DNA of 58,111 bases from Solirubrobacterales bacterium (GCA_049579585.1 JBAUOE010000105.1:1-58111); one strand, 5' to 3'. Positions 36,845 to 46,724 are shown, counted from the first letter of the stretch. Notes: a model not told the origin generated them from the sequence alone. Made by a program: numbers and translations.

Positions 36845-38962
36845 TCAACCCGACTGAAGCTGGGCCGCGGCGGAGGCGAGCGCATGGTGACGCTCGCGCA
36901 GTTCCTCCTGAACGTTCCGGCGTTCGCCGCCTTCCGGCTGCAGCCGGGACCAGTTGCCGGAACTGTCCAGCACCCAGGAGTTGGTGTTGTCGGCAAAGCA
37001 TCTTTCGAGCACGTCAAGCACCTGGTCACGGGCGGTCTCGTCATCGATCGGGGTCACCAGTTCGACCCGGCTGTCGAGGTTACGTGGCATCAGGTCGGCT
37101 GACCCCATCAGAACCGTTGATTCTTCACCTCGCTGGAAGGCATAGACCCGTGAATGCTCGAGGAAGGAACTGACGATCGAGATGACCCTGATGTTTTCCG
37201 AAACGCCCGGCACGCCGGGACGCAGGCAGCAGATGCCACGCACGTTGATTTCGACCTTGACACCGGCCATCGAAGCTTCGTAGAGGGCCTCGATGCAGCG
37301 CTGGTCGACCAGCGAGTTCATCTTCAGCGAAATCCTGGCTTCGCGACCTTCGAGATGCGCCTCAATCGTCTTCTCGATTTCGGTCAGGATCGAACTGCGC
37401 ATCGTGTCCGGTGATACCAGAACCCGCCGGTACTTGATTGGTTTTGCGTAACCGGTCAGCACGTTGAACATCTCGGCAACGTCTGCCCCAATCTCTTCGT
37501 CGGCGGTGAAAAGACCAAAATCGGTGTACAGGCGGGCCGTCTTCGAATGGTAGTTGCCGGTGCCGATATGTACGTAATTCCGGACCCGGTTTCCTTCCCG
37601 GCGGACGACCAGAAGGGCCTTGATGTGTGTTTTGAGACCGGGGATTCCGTAGACGACGTGAACGCCGACTTCTTCGAGACGTTTGGCCCACTCGATGTTC
37701 GCTTCTTCATCGAACCTGGCTTTCAGTTCGAGCATGCAGACCACCTGCTTGCCGCGCTCTGAAGCGCGAATCAGGGCCTGGACCAGGGGGGAGTCGTCGC
37801 TGGTGCGGTACACCGTCTGTTTGATTGCGAGAACGTCCGGATCCCGGGTGGCCTGGGCGATGAAACGTTCAACCGATGTCGTGAACGAGTCGTACGGATG
37901 GTGGACCAGAACGTCGTTTTGGCGAATCGCACCGAAAATGTCAACCGGGTTGCCATCCTCGCCCTGCAGACGCGGTTGGGTAACCGGGTTCCATGGTTCG
38001 TCCCGCAGTTCGGAATGTCCGGGAATCTTGACTACATCCCAGAGGTCCTTGAGGTCGAGCAGCCCGGAAATCTCGAAAACTTCGTTCTCCTGCAGCCGCA
38101 GAACATCGACCAGGGTTTCCTTGAGGGTCGGGTCCATGTGGCTGGACACTTCGAGCCGCACCACTTCGCCGAAACGTCGACGGCGAACTTCTTCCTGGAC
38201 GGCTTCGAGCAGATCATCAGCTTCGTCGCTCACGTTGAAATCAGCGTCCCGCGTAACCCGGAAGTAGCCGTAATCAATGACGTCAACGCCCGGGAAAAGC
38301 ATTTCGAGGTTGTCCGCAATTACATCTTCGAGCGGAACCAGGACATTCCGGTCGTCGCTGCCGACTTCGATGAAACGGCCCAGGAGTTCTTTCGGAACTT
38401 TGATCCGGGCCAGGACCTGGGTCGCGGTCTCCGGATCCTTCAGGAGGACAGCGAGGCTGAGTGACAGATTCGAGATGTATGGGAAAGGCCTGCCCAGACC
38501 GATCACGAGTGGGGTCAGGGTAGGGAACACCTGCTCCTTGAAGCACCGGGCAACTTCCTTGTGTTCCTTCTTGGTCAGCGAATCGAGTCTGGCAACCTTG
38601 ATTCCATGATCCTTGAGTTGCGGCCGGAGGTCGCCGTCGAAGCAGTCCCGCAAACGGCGATCGAGTTCGAGTGACCGGCTGCGAATCGCCTGGATCTGCT
38701 CGCGTGGGGAAAGCCCGTCCGGACCGCGGGCATCGATTCCCGCATCTACCTGGTCCCAGAGACCGGCAACCCGCACCATGAAGAACTCATCGAGGTTCGA
38801 TGCGTAAATCGCGCAGAACTTGACTCGTTCCAGCAACGGAACCGATTCGTCTTCGGCAAGTTCAAGTACCCGCTGGTTGAAATCCAGCCAGGAGAGTTCA
38901 CGGTTGAAATAGAGTGATTGATCAGTCAGTTCTGGCAAGCAGCCATCGTACCTCCTCGACAA
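36845..38962 (-). CDS. ppk: polyphosphate kinase 1
   Basis: 705 aa with YFNRELSWLDFNQRVL, two PLD-like HKD-type regions and the autophosphorylation-region motif. The start appears to be TTG. Confidence 0.93.
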   Translation of the reverse strand: MSRRYDGCLPELTDQSLYFNRELSWLDFNQRVLELAEDESVPLLERVKFCAIYASNLDEFFMVRVAGLWDQVDAGIDARGPDGLSPREQIQAIRSRSLELDRRLRDCFDGDLRPQLKDHGIKVARLDSLTKKEHKEVARCFKEQVFPTLTPLVIGLGRPFPYISNLSLSLAVLLKDPETATQVLARIKVPKELLGRFIEVGSDDRNVLVPLEDVIADNLEMLFPGVDVIDYGYFRVTRDADFNVSDEADDLLEAVQEEVRRRRFGEVVRLEVSSHMDPTLKETLVDVLRLQENEVFEISGLLDLKDLWDVVKIPGHSELRDEPWNPVTQPRLQGEDGNPVDIFGAIRQNDVLVHHPYDSFTTSVERFIAQATRDPDVLAIKQTVYRTSDDSPLVQALIRASERGKQVVCMLELKARFDEEANIEWAKRLEEVGVHVVYGIPGLKTHIKALLVVRREGNRVRNYVHIGTGNYHSKTARLYTDFGLFTADEEIGADVAEMFNVLTGYAKPIKYRRVLVSPDTMRSSILTEIEKTIEAHLEGREARISLKMNSLVDQRCIEALYEASMAGVKVEINVRGICCLRPGVPGVSENIRVISIVSSFLEHSRVYAFQRGEESTVLMGSADLMPRNLDSRVELVTPIDDETARDQVLDVLERCFADNTNSWVLDSSGNWSRLQPEGGERRNVQEELRERHHALASAAAQLQSG

Positions 38963-38981
38963 GCAAGGTTGTGAATACCTG

Positions 38982-40001
38982 TTACTGGAGGGATGACTCC
39001 AGCGCGACCCAGACCCCTTGTCGGGACTGTTCCAGCCAGAGCCGCTTGAATCGTTCGTACATCATGCGTCGCCTGGTCAGCAGGTGAACTATGAGCAGTT
39101 CCTGCCCGCGATAGTACGTCCGGTTGGGCGCTCCCTGGACCAGGATCGGATCGAGGTCACGGCTGCCTCTCGCCCGGTCGATGAGTGTCGCGACATCCTG
39201 TTCTTCGAACAGTCGGATCTGTTCACGGACTTCTGGCAACACCAGGTCGCAGTCCCTGATTTCACCGAGGATTTCCTGGAGTCCACGGGCAGCGCGACGT
39301 GCGGTATGTGCCTGGGAGCCGAGACCTTCCGCGGTCAGTTCGAGGGCGTAACGCAACCTCTCGGCTGCCACTCGTATCCGGTGTTGCGCTTTCACCGCTT
39401 CTGGTTCAAGCGCATCCGGGGCCGATGAACGCAGGCGGGCAAGCCGGATGCCGACCAGCTCCCTGGTTCTTTCCGGAACTACCTCCAGCGCGTGGTGGTC
39501 GGAGCGGCCGTCGATCTCCGGGTCGTCGATCGCTACGTCGGAGAGATCCTCGATCCGGACGCGGAACGCCTGCATGCGGCGACCATGTACCGACTGGGCA
39601 AGTGTGCGGTTCGCATCGGACTGCTCGCCGCGCAGGCGGTCGGTCAACCTTCGCATTCCCTCCTGCCCGGCAGGATCCATCTCAACCGCGGCTGCTTCGA
39701 CAATCTCGATTATCCGGTCGAGGTCCCGACGTTTACCGACGGCGCTGCTCAGCGCCCTGACTTCTTCCCGACCACCGCGATACTGAGATTTCGAGAAGCA
39801 GGGACGAAAAATCTCGATCGCCGCGCGAAGGCGGCGAGTGGCCAGCCACATCGCTTCTGCCGGACTGGTGTCGGTTACATCGAGCAGGCCGATACTCAAG
39901 TTCGATATCTGGTCGACCCGGTGTTCGAGTGCGTATGCCGCAGCAGTCCGAAATTCCTCGTCCGGAGCATCGTCGGATTCGGATTTAGCGGGAACCATCA
40001 T
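38982..40001 (-). CDS. CHAD domain-containing protein
   Basis: 339 aa, all-helical and Arg/His-rich with 'ATRRLRAAIEIFRP', 'GKRRDLD' and 'HRIRVAAERLRYALE', typical of CHAD. Confidence 0.8.
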   Translation of the reverse strand: MMVPAKSESDDAPDEEFRTAAAYALEHRVDQISNLSIGLLDVTDTSPAEAMWLATRRLRAAIEIFRPCFSKSQYRGGREEVRALSSAVGKRRDLDRIIEIVEAAAVEMDPAGQEGMRRLTDRLRGEQSDANRTLAQSVHGRRMQAFRVRIEDLSDVAIDDPEIDGRSDHHALEVVPERTRELVGIRLARLRSSAPDALEPEAVKAQHRIRVAAERLRYALELTAEGLGSQAHTARRAARGLQEILGEIRDCDLVLPEVREQIRLFEEQDVATLIDRARGSRDLDPILVQGAPNRTYYRGQELLIVHLLTRRRMMYERFKRLWLEQSRQGVWVALESSLQ

Positions 40002-40029
40002 CGGACGGCAGCCTATATCCCCGACTTGC

Positions 40030-40935
40030 TCAACTGGTCATTGCGGGATCGCTGATCCCTTTATCCCCGCTGAGCATGTCGAGCACGATTCCTTCGCGGA
40101 TTCCGCCCTTGCCGATCTGCAGGGGCTGGCCCAGCATCTCGGATACTTTTTCGAGGATCAGGACCCCGGTCGGCAGGATCTTTACCCGCACCGGATCGAG
40201 TTCGAACTGTTTGCCGACATCGGCGGCGGGATCCCCGCAGAGCACGCGGATCCCGCGTTCCAGGGTTTCGTATTCGAGCATCACCCCGACCAGTCGTTTC
40301 AATGAAGTCGCGCTGCCGCCAACCGCGACGGCCTGGTCAGGAATCTCCATGTCGAAGTCACTGAATTCATCTTCGATGCGATCACGGATCTTGCGAATTT
40401 CTGATGCGGAAGGAGGATCACTTTCAACGAGTTCGTCGGCAAGAATGCCTGATCCGACCGACCAGGACTTGACCTCGCTAACCCCGCCGTCGATCGTGCC
40501 GAAGGTGATTTCGGTCGAGCCACCGCCAACATCGACTACCGCAATACTGCCTTCGGCCGGGTGGCCAAGAGCTTTGGTGGCCCCGATGAACGCGAGCCTC
40601 CCTTCTTCTTCTCCGCTGATGATTTCGACCGGTATGCCGGCTTTCGCCTCGATCGCCTCAACGAATTCCTCGCTGTTCTCCGACTCCCGGATCGCGGCCG
40701 TGGCAACAGCCCGGAACTCGGTGGCACCCAGTTCACGGGCGAGATGCACCTGGGTCGCGACCACCTCGGCGACTTCGGCGATTTTCTCCTGCGAGATTCG
40801 CCCTTTGCTGTCCCTGGCTTTACCGATACGGGTATAGGCCCGCTGCTCCATGATCTTCGCCAACTGGCCATCCTTGGGTTCAGCCACCAGGATGCGGGTT
40901 GTGTTGGAACCTATGTCGATGGCGGCGCGCAGCAT
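40030..40935 (-). CDS. ppx: exopolyphosphatase, short Ppx/GppA family
   Basis: 301 aa with intact ASKHA motifs AAIDIGSNTTR, SGEEEGR and VVDVGGGSTE. Confidence 0.88.
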   Translation of the reverse strand: MLRAAIDIGSNTTRILVAEPKDGQLAKIMEQRAYTRIGKARDSKGRISQEKIAEVAEVVATQVHLARELGATEFRAVATAAIRESENSEEFVEAIEAKAGIPVEIISGEEEGRLAFIGATKALGHPAEGSIAVVDVGGGSTEITFGTIDGGVSEVKSWSVGSGILADELVESDPPSASEIRKIRDRIEDEFSDFDMEIPDQAVAVGGSATSLKRLVGVMLEYETLERGIRVLCGDPAADVGKQFELDPVRVKILPTGVLILEKVSEMLGQPLQIGKGGIREGIVLDMLSGDKGISDPAMTS

Positions 40936-41001
40936 GGAATTGGCTGGGCTGATCTTCGCAGAAAGACCGGATGCGCCCGTGGGGACTGCCGCGTCCTCAA
41001 T

Positions 41002-41017
41002 CCGGTTCCGGAACCGG
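41002..41017. promoter_or_regulatory. perfect 16-nt palindrome CCGGTTCCGGAACCGG in the phoU-ppx spacer
   Basis: Self-complementary over all 16 nt. It sits in the only sizeable gap (126 nt) inside the phosphate gene block. Confidence 0.3.
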
Positions 41018-41061
41018 AACTTTCTCTTCTGAACGACAGACGCTTTCAGGACGGCATCCGG

Positions 41062-41760
41062 TCAGACCGGATGAGACGCATCTTCGAACTCACGGAACAG
41101 ACCGGTAACGACAAACGCCACCTGCTCCCCGACGTCAACGGCGTTGTCACCCATGCGTTCCAGTGCCCTTGCGGCAAGCAGCATGGTCATCGCCCATTCA
41201 CGACGGTCAGGATCGTCACCGATTTCGATCGCGAGGCTGAAGCACTCCTTGTTAAGACGGTCAACCTTGTCGTCCTGGAGGACCAGATCCATCGCCTGCT
41301 TCACGTCCCGCTCGGAGAAAGCACGCTTTGCCTGAACCATTTCGAGCTTCACGTGTTCGCCCATGGTCAGGATCTTCTTGACCATGCGCTCGTCGATCGG
41401 CGGTGTGTGTCCGACCAGGGGGATCAATTTGCAGACGTTCACGCACTGGTCCCCCATGCGCTCGATGTTCTTGATGACATGGAGAAGGGCCGAAATCAGA
41501 CGCAGGTCTGTTGCGACCGGTGACTGTGTCGCGAGCAGCGTGATCAGGCCCTGATGGACTTCCAGGTAACGACCGTCGATCTGGTCGTCGTCACCCATGA
41601 CGATCTGGGCCAGCTCGATGTCCTGATGCTGGACTGCGCTGAGGGTTCGGTCGAGGGATTTGGCGACCATGTCGAAACCGCCCAGGGCCTGCTCTTCAAG
41701 TCTGGTCAGTTCTTCCTGATACTGAACGCGAATCCGATTGCTCACATGGAGTTCAGACAT
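41062..41760 (-). CDS. phoU: phosphate signalling complex protein PhoU
   Basis: 232 aa with two PhoU repeats (D.IDGRYLEVH..., ERMGDQCVN / ERMGDNAVD). Confidence 0.92.
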   Translation of the reverse strand: MSELHVSNRIRVQYQEELTRLEEQALGGFDMVAKSLDRTLSAVQHQDIELAQIVMGDDDQIDGRYLEVHQGLITLLATQSPVATDLRLISALLHVIKNIERMGDQCVNVCKLIPLVGHTPPIDERMVKKILTMGEHVKLEMVQAKRAFSERDVKQAMDLVLQDDKVDRLNKECFSLAIEIGDDPDRREWAMTMLLAARALERMGDNAVDVGEQVAFVVTGLFREFEDASHPV

Positions 41761-41765
41761 TTCGC

Positions 41766-42710
41766 CTAACCGACCTTTCCGGTGACGTAATCCTCGGTCC
41801 GCTGATCGGCCGGGTTGGTGAATATCTTCTCGGTTTCGTTGTATTCGACCAGCTGTCCCCAGCGGTTGTTCTCGGTCGAGTCGAGTTCGACGATCAGGAA
41901 GGCGGTCTTGTCGGAAACCCGGGCCGCCTGCTGCATGTTGTGCGTGACGATCACGATCGAGTACTGCTCTTTCAGTTCGGACATCAGGTCCTCGATCTTG
42001 CCGGTCGAGATCGGATCGAGCGCGGAACAGGGCTCGTCCATCAGGATGACTTCGGGATCAACCGCCATGGTGCGGGCGATGCAGAGACGCTGCTGCTGGC
42101 CGCCGGACATCCCATACGCGTTGTCCTTGAGACGATCCTTGACTTCGTCCCAGAGCGCGGCGCCGCGCAGAGCTTTCTCGACCCGCTCGTCGATGTCCTT
42201 CAGTCCCAGCACACGGGGTCCGAATGCGATGTTGTCGTAGATCGACTTGGGAAACGGATTCGGCTTCTGGAAAACCATGCCGATCATCTTGCGCACCTGC
42301 ACCGGATCAACTTTCGGTCCGTACAGGTCTTGGCCGTGGTAGAGGATCTCCCCGTCCACACTCGCCGAGGCAACCAGGTCGTTCATCCGGTTGAGACAAC
42401 GCAACAGGGTGCTTTTGCCGCAACCGGAAGGACCGATGAGAGCAGTGACTTCATTGCGGAAGATGTCCATCGAAACTCCCTTGACGGCGGGCTTGCCACC
42501 GTAGGAGACGGTCACGTCGTTGACCTCGAAGACCTTTTCCTTGTTCCAGACGTCCCCACTTTCCGGTGCCGGCTCGGCAGTGACAGCAATCTGCTGACTG
42601 AGGCCTTTCTCGTGCTCGCGTGACGGTTCGGGGCTCAAAGTCATCTCGTCTTTCGGGTCATTTTCAGTCAGTTGTCCGTTTATACCTGAAGTCATCTTTA
42701 CTCCTACCAC
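41766..42710 (-). CDS. pstB: phosphate ABC transporter ATP-binding protein PstB
   Basis: [22 protein letters not shown] and [12 protein letters not shown] motifs. It has an N-terminal extension, and ATG 42695 is an alternative start. Confidence 0.93.
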   Translation of the reverse strand: MVGVKMTSGINGQLTENDPKDEMTLSPEPSREHEKGLSQQIAVTAEPAPESGDVWNKEKVFEVNDVTVSYGGKPAVKGVSMDIFRNEVTALIGPSGCGKSTLLRCLNRMNDLVASASVDGEILYHGQDLYGPKVDPVQVRKMIGMVFQKPNPFPKSIYDNIAFGPRVLGLKDIDERVEKALRGAALWDEVKDRLKDNAYGMSGGQQQRLCIARTMAVDPEVILMDEPCSALDPISTGKIEDLMSELKEQYSIVIVTHNMQQAARVSDKTAFLIVELDSTENNRWGQLVEYNETEKIFTNPADQRTEDYVTGKVG

Positions 42711-43642
42711 TGTTGCTCGTATCGGTTTCGCAGCCAGACCGCAAAGGAGTTCATTGCCAGGAGCACGATCAGCATCACGATGACGCCGGCCGCCGCCAAC
42801 ACCTTGAACTCATCCTGTGGGCGGGATGCGTATTGGTAGATCAGCACCGGAAGTGCTGAGAAACTCTCCCCGAAGAAGGTGGGGTTGAAGGTCACGAAAG
42901 TCGTTGCTCCGACGAGAAGCAGCGGGGCTGTCTCACCAATCGCTCTCGAAATCGCGAGGATCACGCCGGTGGCGATTCCGGGAATTGCGGCTGGAAGCAC
43001 CTGCTTGCGGATCGTTTGCCATTCGGTGGCACCGAGGGCGAGTGAACCTTCACGTACCGATGGCGGTACCGCCCGCAACGCCTCCCGGCCGGCGAGGATC
43101 ACCACTGGCAATACCAGCAACGCCAGGGTCAAGGAACCAGCGGCGAGAATGAAGCCGAGGTCCAGCGGCCCGCGCACGATGAAGGCCAGTCCGAGGATGC
43201 CGTAAATGATCGACGGGACGCCCGCCAGATTCTGGATGTTCAGTTCGATCGCCCGGTTCCACCATCGGTTGCTGTCGGCGTACTCCTCCAGATATATGGC
43301 GGAGCCCACTCCCAGCGGCACGATCAGCAGGACAACGCCGAGGATCAGGTAGATGGTGCCGATCAGAGCTGGCCGGAAACCGGCCTCCGCGACGTTCAGG
43401 GACGACGGGGGATTGGTGAACAGCGCCATGTTGAAGCGCGGTCCGCCTTCGATGATCGCCTGGATTATCAGCGCGGCGAGTCCGGTGAGTGCGATTACCA
43501 GCGCCAGCAGAAGGAAAGCAAGGAAAAGGTTGCCCTTGATCCGATCCTTGGCAGGCTGTTTGGTGAGTGAGGACGTCGTTACGGCCCGGGCTCCGGCTGT
43601 GGCAAGTCGGGTCCGTTCGGACCCGGGTGTCTTGAGGCTCAT
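42704..43642 (-). CDS. pstA: phosphate ABC transporter permease PstA
   Basis: 312-aa polytopic protein with the EAA-like loop '[15 protein letters not shown]'. 4-nt overlap with pstC. Confidence 0.9.
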   Translation of the reverse strand: MSLKTPGSERTRLATAGARAVTTSSLTKQPAKDRIKGNLFLAFLLLALVIALTGLAALIIQAIIEGGPRFNMALFTNPPSSLNVAEAGFRPALIGTIYLILGVVLLIVPLGVGSAIYLEEYADSNRWWNRAIELNIQNLAGVPSIIYGILGLAFIVRGPLDLGFILAAGSLTLALLVLPVVILAGREALRAVPPSVREGSLALGATEWQTIRKQVLPAAIPGIATGVILAISRAIGETAPLLLVGATTFVTFNPTFFGESFSALPVLIYQYASRPQDEFKVLAAAGVIVMLIVLLAMNSFAVWLRNRYEQQW

Positions 43643-44598
43643 TCGTATACCTCCCTGAAGCGGCGGACCAATCGGATCGCGAAGATGTTCATGAAGAGCG
43701 TCATGACGAACAGCAGCGAGCCCACCGCGAAAATGGTGTCGTAGGTGATGGTTCCGGTACCGATGTCGCCCGTGGCAGTGGTGCCGATGAAGGCGGTCAT
43801 TGTCTGGACCGGACTGGCGAAAGCAAAGCTTGTGGTTGCCTGGCTGCCGGCGGCGAGAAGAACGATCATGGTTTCACCGATCGCCCTCGATCCGGCCAGG
43901 ACGATTGATGCGACGATGCCACTCATGGCGGCGGGCACCACGACTTTGGTGGCGACCTTCATCCGGGTCGAACCGAGTCCATAGGCGGCTTCCCTCAGTC
44001 CCCCCGGGACCGATCGCATTGCGTCGTCGGAGATTGAAGCGATGATCGGGGTGATCATCAGGCCGATCGCAACACCGGCAACGCCGGCGGCAAATGGCGT
44101 TGATTGAAGAGCGGGGATGAAGCTTTCGAGGAACGGCTTGAGCGCGGTGATCGCGAAAAGTCCGATTGCCACTGTGGGGATCCCGGCCAGAACCTCAATT
44201 ACCGGCTTCACCATCTTGCGGCCCTTTGGTGATGCGTATTCGCTGAGCCAGATGGCAATCAGCAAGCCGATCGGGACGGCGAAGAGCATGCCCCAGAGGG
44301 TTGTGCTCAAGGTGCCGATCACGATCGAGAGGACTCCGAAGGTCGCCGGGGTGAAGGTCGGTGCCCAGTCGGAGTGGAAGAAGAAGTCGGCTGGGCTGAC
44401 CTCGCCGAAGAAACTGATCGTCGGCAGCAGCAGCGAAATTACGATGCCGGTGGTGGTCAACACCGAGACGATTGCGCACAAGGCAAGCAGTCCCTTGATG
44501 ATCTTCTCTCCGTATCGCGGAGATGAAGCCTCCAGGCTCCGGGGCGGCGATGCCGCCCCGGAGGTCCCGGAGATTCCGAACGTGCCGGATGCTTCCAT
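43639..44598 (-). CDS. pstC: phosphate ABC transporter permease PstC
   Basis: 319-aa polytopic protein with the EAA-like loop 'REAAYGLGSTRMKV'. Confidence 0.9.
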   Translation of the reverse strand: MEASGTFGISGTSGAASPPRSLEASSPRYGEKIIKGLLALCAIVSVLTTTGIVISLLLPTISFFGEVSPADFFFHSDWAPTFTPATFGVLSIVIGTLSTTLWGMLFAVPIGLLIAIWLSEYASPKGRKMVKPVIEVLAGIPTVAIGLFAITALKPFLESFIPALQSTPFAAGVAGVAIGLMITPIIASISDDAMRSVPGGLREAAYGLGSTRMKVATKVVVPAAMSGIVASIVLAGSRAIGETMIVLLAAGSQATTSFAFASPVQTMTAFIGTTATGDIGTGTITYDTIFAVGSLLFVMTLFMNIFAIRLVRRFREVYE

Positions 44599-44625
44599 TT
44601 CAGTCAGTTCCTGATCTCGTTCGGT

Positions 44626-45603
44626 CTACGAAGCCGACTCGAGTGAGGTCAGGGCGTCATTCGCTTCAGTGAGCTGTGCGTCAGTCAGCGGAATGAATCC
44701 GGCCTGCTCGGCGACCTGGTTGACGTTCTCGAGGTAGAACTCGAGGAAAGCCTGGACCTCAGGCTTCTTCGAAGCTTCGTCCGAGGGGTAGATGAACAGT
44801 CCACGGGACAGCGGGACGTAGGTGCCGTCCTGAGCTGCTTCAGCCGACGGTCCAACGCAACCGTTACCGCCGTCGATTTCCATGGCCTTCAGGCTGTCAG
44901 CGTTCTCCTGGTAGAAGGAGAATCCGAAGTAGCCCATGCCACCCTTGGAACCCGAGACGCCAGTTACTGTCTGGTTGTCGTCTTCACCGACGTTGTTGTA
45001 GTCGGAGCGTGAAGCACCTTCTTCACCATTGATCGCTTCAGTGAAGTAATCGAAGGTACCTGAGTCAGTGCCCGGACCGTAGAGGTCCAGCGATTCGTCG
45101 AAGGCAGGCTCGAGACCATCGATCTGGCTCCAGTTGCTCAGCTTGGACTTTGGTGCCCAGACCTGGTTGAGCTGGTCGACCGTCATGCAGGTGACCGGGT
45201 TGTCCTGGTTCACGACGACTGTCATTGCGTCGTTGGCGACGGTGAGCTGCGTGGTAGCGATTCCCTCTGACGCGCAGGCTTCCTCTTCGTCGGCCTCGAT
45301 CGGACGTGATGCGTCGGAGATGTCAGTCTCGCCGGCGCAGAACTTTTCGAATCCACCGCCGGTACCGGAGGTGCCTACGGTGACCTTCACATCGGGGTTT
45401 TCATTCTGGAACAGTTCGGCAATGGGTTCGGACAGAGGGGCAACGGTGCTGGAGCCATCGATCTTGATGGTGCCGCTGAGGTCGCCACTCGAGGAACTGC
45501 CATCGCTGCTGCTGTCGTCATCGCCGCCACAGGCTGCGATGCCGAATGCCATTACGCCGGTGAGGGCCAGCGTGGCGAGAAATTTGGGCTTGGAACGAAA
45601 CAC
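44626..45603 (-). CDS. pstS: phosphate ABC transporter substrate-binding lipoprotein PstS
   Basis: Start chosen at GTG 45603, with AAGGAG 5 nt upstream. Lipobox 'FGIAAC' and the 'IDGSSTVAPL', 'GTGGGF' PBP pattern. Confidence 0.9.
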   Translation of the reverse strand: MFRSKPKFLATLALTGVMAFGIAACGGDDDSSSDGSSSSGDLSGTIKIDGSSTVAPLSEPIAELFQNENPDVKVTVGTSGTGGGFEKFCAGETDISDASRPIEADEEEACASEGIATTQLTVANDAMTVVVNQDNPVTCMTVDQLNQVWAPKSKLSNWSQIDGLEPAFDESLDLYGPGTDSGTFDYFTEAINGEEGASRSDYNNVGEDDNQTVTGVSGSKGGMGYFGFSFYQENADSLKAMEIDGGNGCVGPSAEAAQDGTYVPLSRGLFIYPSDEASKKPEVQAFLEFYLENVNQVAEQAGFIPLTDAQLTEANDALTSLESAS

Positions 45604-45706
45604 TAAGTCTCCTTTGGTTTTCTTACTGAGCTTTTGCTCTTCATGGCAGCCCCTTTGGCCGCCGGTCATTTGACTGTCCGGAGGAGAATCGCAGCGCAGG
45701 TTCAGT

Positions 45707-45771
45707 GACTTGTTACGGGCTTGTCACGAACTTGTGAAAGAAATGTGAACTTCCGAAAACGAAAGGTGAAC
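45707..45771 (-). promoter_or_regulatory. PHO-box-like array of 11-nt direct repeat units upstream of pstS
   Basis: The minus strand reads GTTCACCTTTC GTTTTCGGAA GTTCACATTTC TTTCACAAGTT CGTGACAAGCC CGTAACAAGTC. A T(C/G/A)AC core recurs with 11-nt phasing over the last four units. The array ends about 100 nt before the pstS start. Confidence 0.55.
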
Positions 45772-45791
45772 GCCCGGAGAGGTGGGCGTTC
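45768..45791 (-). terminator. hairpin downstream of the response-regulator gene (likely intrinsic terminator)
   Basis: GAACGCCC-(8 nt)-GGGCGTTC, an 8-bp perfect stem. On the minus strand it is followed by ACCTTTCGTTTTC. Confidence 0.45.
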
Positions 45792-45810
45792 GAGATGCAA
45801 AGAAGGCGGT

Positions 45811-46605
45811 CTAGGCCGACGCGGAGAGCACTTCATCAGTGCTCTGAGGGGCGGTTCGGCCGGAGCCTTCTTCTGCGGACAGAGGAGCGTCCGGGATCGA
45901 CGGTTCGGCCGCGAATCTGTAGCCGACGCCGAAGTGGGTGTGGATATAGGAGAAACCCGGTGAACGCTTTTCCAGCTTGTGCCGGAGCTTGCGTATGAAA
46001 ACGTCGACCGAACGGTCGCCGTGGGCCATCTCGTATCCCCAAACATGTTGATAAATCGCTTCACGCTCCAGAACGTTGCCTTCGCTTTCGGCAAGCAACT
46101 GGAGAAGTTCGAATTCGCGCCTGGTCAGATCAATGCTCTGACCGGACACGAAGGCCTGGAACTGATCGGAACGGACTTCGATCTCTCCGACAACCATCGG
46201 GCCGATGTCCTTGTTCGACTGGTGCCGGCGGCGACGCCTGCCAACTGCTTCGATCCGGGCGATCACTTCTTCCGGATGGCAAGGCTTGCTGATCCAGTCA
46301 TCTGCTCCGATGCGCAAACCACGCACGCGCTGTGACACCGTCGCGCCGCTGGCACAGACAATCACTCCGAGGTCCGGCAGCAGTCCGGTGATGCGCTCCA
46401 GGTAGCTCCACCCTTCGTCGCCCATTACTCCGAGGTCAACCACGACGGCATTCACTTTCATCGCGATCAGTTCCTGAGGCGGAACTGCCGACGCCAGAAC
46501 CCGGTGTTGCCACCCGGCGGAGTCCATGCGGTTGGTCAGGACCCTGATGAAGCCCGAGTCGTTGTCAATTACTGCGACTCGCATTGGTGCACGTGCTTGG
46601 CTCAT
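45811..46605 (-). CDS. OmpR/PhoB-family response regulator (PhoP-like), no adjacent histidine kinase
   Basis: The receiver domain has an acidic pocket (VIDND), an acceptor Asp (AVVVDLGV) and a conserved Lys (WISKP). The winged-helix output is 'LTRREFELLQLL...VDVFIRKLRHKL...GVGYRF'. The start is ATG 46605 or ATG 46584. Confidence 0.88.
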   Translation of the reverse strand: MSQARAPMRVAVIDNDSGFIRVLTNRMDSAGWQHRVLASAVPPQELIAMKVNAVVVDLGVMGDEGWSYLERITGLLPDLGVIVCASGATVSQRVRGLRIGADDWISKPCHPEEVIARIEAVGRRRRRHQSNKDIGPMVVGEIEVRSDQFQAFVSGQSIDLTRREFELLQLLAESEGNVLEREAIYQHVWGYEMAHGDRSVDVFIRKLRHKLEKRSPGFSYIHTHFGVGYRFAAEPSIPDAPLSAEEGSGRTAPQSTDEVLSASA

Positions 46606-46660
46606 TTCACTTATGAAGTGTAGGGAACAGATCAACGCGTGTCCGTGAGAAAGGCACATT

Positions 46661-46682
46661 TTTCACATCTTGTTCACAAGGC
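46661..46682 (+). promoter_or_regulatory. second PHO-box-like pair (TTTCACATCTT GTTCACAAGGC) in the divergent regulator / small-ORF promoter region
   Basis: Two tandem 11-nt units with the same core as the pstS array. Confidence 0.4.
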
Positions 46683-46724
46683 TTTGCCCGCCTTTCAGCC
46701 GCGCATTACGGTAGATTTCTCTGC

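Noticed and set aside
38963-38981. Possible PHO-like half-sites (GTAACAGGTA TTCACAACC on the minus strand) just upstream of ppk.
   Set aside because: There are only two poor units with 10-nt rather than 11-nt phasing in a 19-nt spacer, which is too weak to call.
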